From assembly GCA_028282585.1 (NCBI GenBank), contig JANQHR010000052.1, positions 24,363 through 88,362 of the forward strand: a stretch of 64,000 nt of DNA, read 5' to 3'. Origin of the DNA: Bacteroidales bacterium. Its GTDB lineage: Bacteria > Bacteroidota > Bacteroidia > Bacteroidales > UBA12077. Both the position numbers and the translations under genes were made by a program. Below, one piece after another: positions 29,678 to 38,069 of this stretch (within the stretch, counting starts at the first letter, position 1; each line of letters starts with the position of its first letter). The notes beneath the pieces are model-generated. The model saw nothing but the letters and a program-made list of their open reading frames with translations. It was not told the DNA's origin and searched no databases.

Positions 29678-30944
29678 TTTTATGTTTTACATTCTTACCA
29701 AAACTGGTTTTAGACAAATCTTGCCTTCTCTTTCTAAATGTACCATCTTCTACCTCTCTTGAAACCACTTTCTTAAGTAATTTAAACATTTTCTCTTCTT
29801 GAGTTTCATCTTTGTAGAAGGTATCCCACGCATATTGGTATAACTCCTGTAACCTTTCGGCACTCATATGCTTAGGATGGTATACCACCTGCCCGGCATT
29901 GTAATCGTTCCAGTTTTTGTTGAAAATACGGTTCTGCTTTACAAGGTCATTATATGCCTTTGTATGAGGGAATGGTGCTAAAACAGTAAACTCCGCTAAA
30001 TCTAAATCAATCTCTAACAAGAAATCAATTAATCGTTTAATATCATCTTCTGTTTGGTTATCAAGCCCTAACAAAATAGTTCCCTCCACTCCGATTCCAT
30101 AATCATGATATTGCTTCACCCGGTTTTTTATATAATCGGATGTATCAAATACAGCTTGGTAAACATACCATGCACCAGCCTGGGCAGCTAAATCTAACAC
30201 CTCTGGTTTATCTTCGATGGTATGACTACACCATTTTTTCTTCAACGGAATCATAGCTTTAAATAAGTCTTTTTCCCACTGCGTATCTTGCGCAAGTGAA
30301 TTATCTACGATAAATAACCTATTGTTATCTATTGTTTCTAATTCTTCTATTGCTTTATCAATTGGCCTGGGCCTAAATTGTCGTCCACCTAAATATGAAA
30401 CTGCACAAGGATAGCAGCTATACTTACAACCACGAGATGCGTGGAATAAATCTACCATTTGAACGCCTTTATGATAGTATAGGTCTCTGTTATATAATTC
30501 ACGTCTTGCCGGCCCTACGATTTCAATTGGAGGTAAATCATTCATATGGTTATATACCTTTTTCAACTCACCATTCTTAAAATCTTTAAAAACTTGATCC
30601 ATATGCCCTTCGGCCTCGCCTAAGAAAACGGAGTCGGCGTGTTCCATGGTTTCTTCTGCGTGCAACATAGAAGCAATGCCTCCAAAAATAACTTTTTTGC
30701 CGCGTTTTCTATACTCATCGGCTATTGCCCACCCACGTTTTATTTGAGTAGTTAACAACATAGAAATACCAACGAAGTCAACATCATCATCAAAACGCAT
30801 TTCTTCTAAATTCTCGTCAATAAATTCTACCTCAAAATCCTCTGGTATAGTTGCTGCAAAAACAATTGCCCCATGAGGCGGCAAGTTAAAAGTTGTTTGC
30901 CCCTCAAGCTTTCTCCATTTTGGAAATACTAATTGAAATTTCAT
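29670..30944 (-). CDS. B12-binding-domain radical SAM protein
   Basis: B12 domain (FVGISMLLTT ... VIFGGIASM) followed by RGCKYSCYPCAV (CxxxCxxC). Confidence 0.8.
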   Translation of the reverse strand: MKFQLVFPKWRKLEGQTTFNLPPHGAIVFAATIPEDFEVEFIDENLEEMRFDDDVDFVGISMLLTTQIKRGWAIADEYRKRGKKVIFGGIASMLHAEETMEHADSVFLGEAEGHMDQVFKDFKNGELKKVYNHMNDLPPIEIVGPARRELYNRDLYYHKGVQMVDLFHASRGCKYSCYPCAVSYLGGRQFRPRPIDKAIEELETIDNNRLFIVDNSLAQDTQWEKDLFKAMIPLKKKWCSHTIEDKPEVLDLAAQAGAWYVYQAVFDTSDYIKNRVKQYHDYGIGVEGTILLGLDNQTEDDIKRLIDFLLEIDLDLAEFTVLAPFPHTKAYNDLVKQNRIFNKNWNDYNAGQVVYHPKHMSAERLQELYQYAWDTFYKDETQEEKMFKLLKKVVSREVEDGTFRKRRQDLSKTSFGKNVKHKIA

Positions 30945-30999
30945 ATGCTATTTTTGGTTTTCTGCTTGTTTTATCGGATAAAAGTATCAAAAAAATATA

Positions 31000-32088
31000 C
31001 TATTCCAAACTATAATTTTTCTGCTCCATCCACCCCTTTAGGATATTGTTGATTTCCAGCCTATCTGCTTCCGGAATTGTGTATTTATTTTTTTGGTAAT
31101 TCATTACCGAAATAAGGAATTCTTTTATTTGTTTCTCAAATTGTTCAGAAAATTCAACATTAAAGTGTTTATATAATTGCTTTAATTCCTTTAAAGGATC
31201 CTTTTCCAAATCCTCGAACTTTAATTCATAATACCTATCATTTGGTAAAACTTTAGAATCATCCTCTAATTTGTTTACCATCAAATTAAGCACCTCGCTT
31301 ACATCTTTAGTTGTTGGTTTTACCCACTTGTTATTCATAGCATTTTGCGTGCCAACAATATCCCACATTCGCACAGTTGATGGCACAACTTTATAAGGAT
31401 GCCTTATAATATGGATATACCGGGCTTTTGGAAAAATTTCATTTAAAACTTCTAACCTTAACGAATGAAAAGGATTTTTGATTAATATGGTTTTATTATT
31501 GCCAAGTGTTAACTTTTTATAAAAATAGATAAGTGCCTCTTTCCATTCTTTTAATTTTTCACCATACGGTAAAAATCCAGGAAAATCATTTAAAAAATAT
31601 GTTTTCTTTTTAGGAAAAATAACTCTTTCCAATGGAGAATAACCGGAAATCCTAAATAAGGCATACTCATCCTCAAGGGGCTCATCCATGCTTAACTTAA
31701 CCTGGTCCATAGGCCTTGTTCCTTTTAAAGCTCTTCCCATAATAGGTTCATAAGATTTTCTGGATGTTAAAAAGCTATCAGGAATTGACCCCTGAAAAAC
31801 ATTGGATGTAACCAAGTTTGAGTCAAGAGCTAAAAGTTGGTGTAAAAAAGTACTTCCTGTTCGCCAATGGCCTACTATAATAATTGGGTCTTCAGCTAAT
31901 ATGTGTGTCTCTATTTTATCTTTATAGATTGATATTTCTTTTCGGTGAAAAATAGAAGCCCAAATACCATTCTGAAAAAGAAATAAAAATCTTACCAAAT
32001 ACTTTGGACGTATAGCTATTCCATTTTTCAGAAGTAATTTTATGAACCTGGAGAGCCTCATCCCCGCTATCAGGTAAGCACTTTTCAT
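31000..32088 (-). CDS. PAPS-dependent sulfotransferase family protein
   Basis: 5'-phosphosulfate loop VGHWRTGSTFLHQLL and 3'-phosphate motif IIRHPYKVVPS. Confidence 0.75.
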   Translation of the reverse strand: MKSAYLIAGMRLSRFIKLLLKNGIAIRPKYLVRFLFLFQNGIWASIFHRKEISIYKDKIETHILAEDPIIIVGHWRTGSTFLHQLLALDSNLVTSNVFQGSIPDSFLTSRKSYEPIMGRALKGTRPMDQVKLSMDEPLEDEYALFRISGYSPLERVIFPKKKTYFLNDFPGFLPYGEKLKEWKEALIYFYKKLTLGNNKTILIKNPFHSLRLEVLNEIFPKARYIHIIRHPYKVVPSTVRMWDIVGTQNAMNNKWVKPTTKDVSEVLNLMVNKLEDDSKVLPNDRYYELKFEDLEKDPLKELKQLYKHFNVEFSEQFEKQIKEFLISVMNYQKNKYTIPEADRLEINNILKGWMEQKNYSLE

Positions 32089-32127
32089 CTGCTAATTTGG
32101 TTCGGAATTTAAATTCAAGAATTTCAA

Positions 32128-32403
32128 TTATTCTGATTTACTTTTAATAAAATCTGCAATAGAATTTACATTCTTCAAAACTTCGCGAGCAAGGTTTTGG
32201 TCATCAATGCGTACCTTAAAATCGCGTTGCACTGCCATAACAAGCTCTATTGCATCAATTGAGTCTAATCCTAAAGTATTTTCTCCTCCGAAAAGTGGTA
32301 AATCATCCTCAATGTCCTCTGGCGTAACGTCTTGCATATTTAAAGTCTCAACGATCATTTTTTTAATATCCGCCTTCAAATCAGTACCAATATTTTCTCC
32401 CAT
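32128..32403 (-). CDS. acyl carrier protein
   Basis: LGLDSIDAIELV motif. Length is 91 aa. Confidence 0.8.
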   Translation of the reverse strand: MGENIGTDLKADIKKMIVETLNMQDVTPEDIEDDLPLFGGENTLGLDSIDAIELVMAVQRDFKVRIDDQNLAREVLKNVNSIADFIKSKSE

Positions 32404-32415
32404 TCTTATCTTTTA

Positions 32416-33429
32416 TTAAATATTATTTACTACTAATTTAAGTTCTTTATAAAACGCTTCTTCAGCATCTGCTCTTTCATTAATCATCTGGCCAAGTTCT
32501 TGAAGTTTTTCAGGGCCTAAGTCCCTATTCTTTCCTATCTTGGCTGCAAAGTAAGAAATATTTCTCCAACCATCTCCAATTTCCATCATCTTTTTTGACA
32601 TATCCTCTAATCCTTTACTTTGAAGTATTTCGGAAGCTTGCCTGAGGAAAGTTGCATATAAAAATCTAAATCCACCTCCACCGGTTCCTTGGTCCTCAAG
32701 AAATACATTAATTTTCATTATTTCATGCGAAAGATGGTCAATATCTCTGGTTAATTTAGGCCAGCCTTGCAATTTTTTTGCAAAAGTTCTAATACCCCGT
32801 ACTCCGATAAACGGTGGTTGTATCCCGATCATATTATTAATGGTATTCTTTAATGCAATCGGAATTAGCTTATAGTAATCAACGCTTTCCGGAACAGACT
32901 CAATGTAATATCTAAATCCTTTTGGTGCTAAATAACCACCTGCAAATCTTGCTTTTCTGAGATTATCTTTATGAATTTTTGCTAATTTAGGAAAGTAACT
33001 ATCACTAACTAAATATTCATCATCTTCTTTTCCTACAATTGTTATAAAATGTATATTAGCATGAACCCTTTCCCATTGTGGAATATAATCCATATAGTAA
33101 AAATCAACCTGGCATGCCACTGGAATATTCTTTGAAATCAGTTGATCTAACTCTTGTTCTGCCTCATCCTGACTTTTGAAACGCTTTATATTGAATTTAA
33201 TATCAGTTCGTTTTGCAATCTTTTTTCTAAGCTTACCTGGTTTTGTTCTTAAAATAAACATCGGAAAATTTAAGTTGGGAGTATGGTTTAAATATCCAAA
33301 ATACAATCCGCTTCCAAGTCCAAACATCATTGGTTCTGTAACTTCCAGACCTTTATGTTTTAATAATGCTGTTAAGGTACCGGACTCGCAATGAGCCGCC
33401 ATATTGTGGTTAAAAGAATCTATAATCAT
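32416..33429 (-). CDS. BtrH N-terminal-domain (papain-like Cys-His-Asp) protein
   Basis: N-terminal AAHCESGTLTALLKHKGL, NIHFITIVG ... YLVSDS, and a C-terminal helical domain (GTGGGGFRFLYATFL). It is a 337-aa paralog of 41762-42775. Confidence 0.65.
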   Translation of the reverse strand: MIIDSFNHNMAAHCESGTLTALLKHKGLEVTEPMMFGLGSGLYFGYLNHTPNLNFPMFILRTKPGKLRKKIAKRTDIKFNIKRFKSQDEAEQELDQLISKNIPVACQVDFYYMDYIPQWERVHANIHFITIVGKEDDEYLVSDSYFPKLAKIHKDNLRKARFAGGYLAPKGFRYYIESVPESVDYYKLIPIALKNTINNMIGIQPPFIGVRGIRTFAKKLQGWPKLTRDIDHLSHEIMKINVFLEDQGTGGGGFRFLYATFLRQASEILQSKGLEDMSKKMMEIGDGWRNISYFAAKIGKNRDLGPEKLQELGQMINERADAEEAFYKELKLVVNNI

Positions 33430-33926
33430 TTTTTATTTAATTCAATTTTTGTAATTACAACAAATGGATTTTCTGTTCTGGTTTGTTTTAAAACAATAGG
33501 TTGCTTTGATTGATCCGTTCCAACTTTATTCTCATTACCTTCAATTACGATTGTTTGCAGTAAATTAGAAACAGGAATATCAAATGCATAAGCATACTTT
33601 TTCAAATCAGATAATTTAGCTTTTTTAAAACCATCCACTTTTTGATGTTGTTTCACCTTTCTAACCGAAACCTTTGTCCTCCTTGATAATTCTACATCAC
33701 TAAAATCATGAATAGTTTTATAAAAATATATTGGTGTTATTTCATTTTTCTTTAACTTTTCAAGCAATGAGTTTCTAAGCTTTACTGTTTTTTCCCAGAA
33801 ATCGTCAAGATAATTCTTGGATATATAAGAACCAGTTTGGATTGGTCCATATGAGCCATCTTCTTTTTCAACATACATAATCAACTGTTGTGGCTCAAAA
33901 TCAATATAAGCATCTTTTTCTTTCAT
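33426..33926 (-). CDS. XRE-like helix-turn-helix protein (putative cluster regulator)
   Basis: DVELSRRTKVSVRKVKQHQK ... LSDLKKYAYAFDIPVSNL fits the HTH_XRE pattern. It is a paralog of 41218-41619 and overlaps the BtrH-like gene by 4 nt. Confidence 0.5.
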   Translation of the reverse strand: MKEKDAYIDFEPQQLIMYVEKEDGSYGPIQTGSYISKNYLDDFWEKTVKLRNSLLEKLKKNEITPIYFYKTIHDFSDVELSRRTKVSVRKVKQHQKVDGFKKAKLSDLKKYAYAFDIPVSNLLQTIVIEGNENKVGTDQSKQPIVLKQTRTENPFVVITKIELNKK

Positions 33927-33983
33927 TATAGTTTGTTTTGAAGGAAATTAGGCACACTAAAATAGTTCAAATAAAGCAATCGC

Positions 33984-33991
33984 CAAAATTA
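33984..33991 (-). promoter_or_regulatory. candidate -7 promoter box (TAATTTTG) for the minus arm
   Basis: Minus-strand taattttg fits TAnnTTTG and ends 57 nt upstream of the ATG at 33926. Confidence 0.3.
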
Positions 33992-34049
33992 AATAAATTA
34001 AACAAATTATAAATTTGATTGTTAATGAAAATATATGGGCCTTTCAAAA

Positions 34050-34082
34050 AATTGTGCAAAGTTTTCAACTTTTTACACAATT
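34050..34082. promoter_or_regulatory. near-perfect palindrome in divergent promoter region (candidate operator)
   Basis: aattgtgcaaagtt-ttc-aactttttacacaatt. The outer AATTGTG/CACAATT and inner aaagtt/aacttt arms pair with a 2-nt bulge. Confidence 0.4.
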
Positions 34083-34164
34083 AAATTTCATGTAATTTTT
34101 AGACTATTTGATAAAAATATTCGCTAAAACAAATGGTATTCTAAGGAATATTAAAACTATTTAT

Positions 34165-34172
34165 TAAATTTG
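34165..34172 (+). promoter_or_regulatory. candidate -7 promoter box (TAAATTTG) for the plus arm
   Basis: Fits TAnnTTTG and ends 71 nt upstream of the ATG at 34244. Confidence 0.3.
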
Positions 34173-34243
34173 CATTCTTATAAAAACGGCATAAGAACTA
34201 ATAGGTTTATTTAAACCACTTTAACGCAAACCAAAGGATAGAA

Positions 34244-35785
34244 ATGATTATTATAGGGGGTAAAAATCTTAATCTTGCTGATTTTTACAAAATTCTTTTC
34301 GAAGGGGAAAAGATAGATTTGGATGAAGCATCTTTAGATAAAGTACAAAAGAATTTTGAATTTCTTGACGAATTTTCTAAAAATAAAGTCATTTACGGTA
34401 TAAACACTTGTTTTGGGCCAATGGCACAATACAAGATTAGCGACGAGGACCAAAAAGCATTACAATATAACCTTATTCGCAGCCATGCTGCAGGCTCAGG
34501 AGACCCGATTCCTGATATTTACGTAAAAGCTCTGATGATTGCCAGGTTAAATACTTTTATGCGTGGTTATTCTGGAGTTCACAAAGAGGTTGTTTTACTT
34601 TTAAAAGAATTTATTAATAAAAATATTTACCCAAAAATATTTGAGCACGGTGGCGTTGGAGCTAGTGGCGATTTAGTTCAACTTTCTCATTTAGCTTTAA
34701 ACTTAATAGGTGAAGGAGAAATTCGCTTTAAAGGAAAGTTCTACCCGGCAAATGAAGTATTTAAAAAAACCGGTTTAACTCCATTAAAAGTTCATTTAAG
34801 AGAAGGTTTAGCATTAATAAATGGTACTTCCTGCATGGCTGGAATTGGAATAATCAACCTGATTCATGCAAATAACCTTCTAAATTGGGCTGTTGTATCC
34901 TCAAGCATAACAAATGAGGTTGTAGAATCTTATGACGACCATTTTTCAAAAGAACTAAATGAAGTTAAATTGCATGAAGGGCAAAACCTGATTGCAGCAG
35001 AAATGCGTAAAATTGTTGAAACAAGTAAGTTAATAAAAAAACGTGCCGAACACCTGTATGATAATCATGTTGACGTTGGGGTTATAAAAGATAAAGTGCA
35101 GGAGTATTACTCTTTAAGGTGCGTGCCTCAGGTTTTAGGGCCAATTTATGAAACACTAAAAAATGTAGAAAAGGTTTTAATTAAAGAAGTTAATTCTGTA
35201 AACGACAACCCAATAATCGATAATACAAACGTAGATGTACTGCATGGTGGCAATTTCCATGGAGATTATGTTTCCCTCGAAATGGATAAACTGAAAATTG
35301 TTACAACAAAAATGTCTATGTTAATTGAGAGGCAATTAAACTACCTGTTTAATCACAAGTTAAATGAGAAGTTTCCTCCGTTTGCTAACCTTGGAGTATT
35401 AGGTTTAAACCTTGGCATGCAAGCTGCTCAATTTACGGCAACTTCAACAACTGCAGAAAATCAAACCTTGTCAAACCCAATGTATGTTCATAGTATTCCA
35501 AACAATGGAGATAACCAGGATATTGTAAGTATGGGTACTAATGCTGCATTAATGGCTAAAAGAATCGTTGAAAATACTTTTGAGGTTTTAGCTATTAAGT
35601 GCATGAGCTTATTGCAAGTTGTTGACTACATGAACTTTAAAGATAAACTTTCTAGCACATCAAAAGGTTTATATGAGGATTTAAGAAAGATGGTTCCAAC
35701 AATTGTCGAAGACGAACCTCTTTACCCATATATTGAAAGTATTAAACAATATTTAATTAATAACAGGCCAAACCGCATAAATTAA
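34244..35785 (+). CDS. aromatic amino-acid ammonia-lyase (HAL/TAL family, flexirubin TAL-like)
   Basis: MIO-forming triad in GGVGASGDLVQLSH. YGINTCFGPMA, NDNPIID, HGGNFHG and SIPNNGDNQDIVSMG are also present. Length is 513 aa. Confidence 0.88.
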   Translation: MIIIGGKNLNLADFYKILFEGEKIDLDEASLDKVQKNFEFLDEFSKNKVIYGINTCFGPMAQYKISDEDQKALQYNLIRSHAAGSGDPIPDIYVKALMIARLNTFMRGYSGVHKEVVLLLKEFINKNIYPKIFEHGGVGASGDLVQLSHLALNLIGEGEIRFKGKFYPANEVFKKTGLTPLKVHLREGLALINGTSCMAGIGIINLIHANNLLNWAVVSSSITNEVVESYDDHFSKELNEVKLHEGQNLIAAEMRKIVETSKLIKKRAEHLYDNHVDVGVIKDKVQEYYSLRCVPQVLGPIYETLKNVEKVLIKEVNSVNDNPIIDNTNVDVLHGGNFHGDYVSLEMDKLKIVTTKMSMLIERQLNYLFNHKLNEKFPPFANLGVLGLNLGMQAAQFTATSTTAENQTLSNPMYVHSIPNNGDNQDIVSMGTNAALMAKRIVENTFEVLAIKCMSLLQVVDYMNFKDKLSSTSKGLYEDLRKMVPTIVEDEPLYPYIESIKQYLINNRPNRIN

Positions 35786-35790
35786 TCTCT

Positions 35791-36519
35791 ATGAAATTTG
35801 CATTAGTAACAGGAGGATCAAGAGGAATTGGTAAAGCAATTTGTATGGAAATTGCAAAATTAGGGTACCATGTTTTGATTAATTACAGAAATAATACTGA
35901 AGAAGCAGAAAATACCTTAAATCAAATTCAAGAGAATGGCGGTTCCGGTGAGTTAATGAAATTTGATGTTTCTAAACCCGATGAAATTAGGGCTTCAATT
36001 GATAAATGGAAAGAAAAAAATCCCGATACAGTAATTGAAGTTTTAATAAATAACGCTGGAATTAGAAAAGATGCATTAATTATGTGGATGAAAGATGAAG
36101 ACTGGAAGGGTGTTTTAAATACAAACCTTGATAGTTTTTATTATATTACAAAACATTTAGTTCAGGATATGATCGTTCATAAATATGGAAGAATTGTTAA
36201 CATCGTTTCATTATCTGGAATTAAAGGTTTACCAGGGCAAACAAACTACTCTGCAGCTAAAGGAGGTGTTATTGCTGCAAGTAAAGCATTGGCTCAGGAA
36301 GTTGCTAAGAAAAACGTTACGGTAAATTGTGTTGCTCCTGGATTTATAAAAACAGATATGACCGCAGAACTCGAAGAAAAGGATTTAAAACGTATGATCC
36401 CGATGAATAGGTTTGGCAGCGCGGAAGAGGTAGCACAAGTTGTTTCTTTTCTTGCATCGCCTCAGGCATCCTATGTAACGGGCGAAGTTATATCAGTTAA
36501 TGGAGGACTTTATACATAA
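35791..36519 (+). CDS. fabG: 3-oxoacyl-ACP reductase
   Basis: TGGSRGIGKA, NNAG, and the YSAAK catalytic motif. Length is 242 aa. Confidence 0.9.
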   Translation: MKFALVTGGSRGIGKAICMEIAKLGYHVLINYRNNTEEAENTLNQIQENGGSGELMKFDVSKPDEIRASIDKWKEKNPDTVIEVLINNAGIRKDALIMWMKDEDWKGVLNTNLDSFYYITKHLVQDMIVHKYGRIVNIVSLSGIKGLPGQTNYSAAKGGVIAASKALAQEVAKKNVTVNCVAPGFIKTDMTAELEEKDLKRMIPMNRFGSAEEVAQVVSFLASPQASYVTGEVISVNGGLYT

Positions 36520-36543
36520 AAAATAATACTGTAATTCAGGCCT

Positions 36544-37767
36544 ATGAATAGAGTGGTAATAACAGGAATGGGAATTTATTCCACTATTGGTAAAAACATT
36601 GATGAAGTAAAAAAATCTCTTTACGAAGGCAAATCCGGCATTGGTTTCGAACAAATTCGAAAAGAACTTGGATTTCGTTCAGCTTTAACAGGAATTCTTG
36701 AACGCCCAAATTTAAAAGGGCAATTAAAAAGGCGGCAGCGTGTTGGAATGGCTGAGGAAGGAGAATATGCATATGTAGCAACGGTTGAAGCCTTAAATCA
36801 AGCAGGTATCGATGATGATTTCTTAGATTCCAGAGATGTTGGTATTTTATACGGTAATGATAGTTCTGCAAGGTCAGTTGTTGATTCATATGACTTATTG
36901 AAAGAAAAGAAAGATACAGCTTTATTGGGTTCAGGTGCAATCTTTCAATCAATGAACTCTACTATAACAATGAGTTTATCAACTATATTCAGGTTACGCG
37001 GTATTAATTTAACGGTGAGCGCAGCGTGCGCCAGTGGCTCTCATTCTGTTGGAATGGGTTTCTATTTTATCCGAAGCGGTTTACAAGATATTATTATTTG
37101 CGGGGGAGGCCAAGAAATCAATTACCACTCCATGGGGAGTTTTGACGGGTTAGCAGCATTTTCAACCCGGGAAAATGAACCGCAAAAAGCAAGCCGCCCA
37201 TTTGACCGAGACCGAGATGGTTTAGTTCCTAGTGGTGGTGCTGCAACCTTAGTTCTTGAAAGTTATGAATCGGCTGTAAAAAGAGGTGTCCCTATCCTGG
37301 CAGAAATTGTTGGATACGGTTTCTCTTCAAATGGAGACCATATTTCGGTGCCAAATGTTGAAGGTCCTGCAAAATCACTGGAAAAAGCATTAAAAGATGC
37401 AAACTTAAAAGCAAGCGAAATAGATTATATTAATGCTCATGCAACTGCAACTCCGGTAGGAGATTTAAATGAAGCACAAGCAATAAGCAAAATATTCGGA
37501 GAAAAAACCCCTTATGTTAGTTCAACAAAAGCAATGACAGGGCATGAAATGTGGATGGGTGGAGCAAGTGAAATTATTTACTCCATGTTAATGATGCAAA
37601 ACTCATATGTTGCACCGAATATTAACTTTGATAATCCAGATGAATATTCAGCTAAGTTAAATATCGCTGCAGAAACTATTAAAAATCATAATATTGATAT
37701 ATTTTTGTCCAATTCGTTTGGATTTGGAGGTACAAACTCGTCTTTAATTGTAAAAAAAATTAAGTAA
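36544..37767 (+). CDS. beta-ketoacyl-ACP synthase (KAS I/II type)
   Basis: Cys-His-His triad: SAACASGSHS, NAHATATPVGD, GHEMWMGGAS. C-terminal FGFGGTNSSLIV. Confidence 0.9.
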   Translation: MNRVVITGMGIYSTIGKNIDEVKKSLYEGKSGIGFEQIRKELGFRSALTGILERPNLKGQLKRRQRVGMAEEGEYAYVATVEALNQAGIDDDFLDSRDVGILYGNDSSARSVVDSYDLLKEKKDTALLGSGAIFQSMNSTITMSLSTIFRLRGINLTVSAACASGSHSVGMGFYFIRSGLQDIIICGGGQEINYHSMGSFDGLAAFSTRENEPQKASRPFDRDRDGLVPSGGAATLVLESYESAVKRGVPILAEIVGYGFSSNGDHISVPNVEGPAKSLEKALKDANLKASEIDYINAHATATPVGDLNEAQAISKIFGEKTPYVSSTKAMTGHEMWMGGASEIIYSMLMMQNSYVAPNINFDNPDEYSAKLNIAAETIKNHNIDIFLSNSFGFGGTNSSLIVKKIK

Positions 37768-37791
37768 TTTATTAACTGGGAGAAATCGAAA

Positions 37792-38040
37792 ATGGAGAAT
37801 CAGGAGATAATTAGCAAGGTAAATGATTTTTTAATTGATGAATTCGAGCTTGAAGAAGATCAGTTAATTCCCTCGGCTAGTTTAAAAGAAACATTAGAAA
37901 TCGACAGCCTTGATTATGTTGATTTAGTTGTTATCATAGAAAAAAACTTTGGATTTAAAGTTAAAGGAGAAGATTTCGCTTCAATAAAATCTCTTCAGGA
38001 TTTTTATGATTACATCATAAGCCGGGCCCAGGCTAACTAA
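37792..38040 (+). CDS. acyl carrier protein
   Basis: LEIDSLDYVDLV motif. Length is 82 aa. Confidence 0.8.
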   Translation: MENQEIISKVNDFLIDEFELEEDQLIPSASLKETLEIDSLDYVDLVVIIEKNFGFKVKGEDFASIKSLQDFYDYIISRAQAN

Positions 38041-38069
38041 CCCATTATAAAACGAACCGGAGGTGTTGA

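Noticed and set aside
35791-38040. Housekeeping fabG-fabF-acpP fatty-acid synthesis operon.
   Set aside because: The genes are embedded between an ammonia-lyase and an LpxL-type acyltransferase/B12-rSAM. The ACP is atypical (EIDSLDYVDLV), and further KS/ACP sets follow. This is the context of a specialised pathway.
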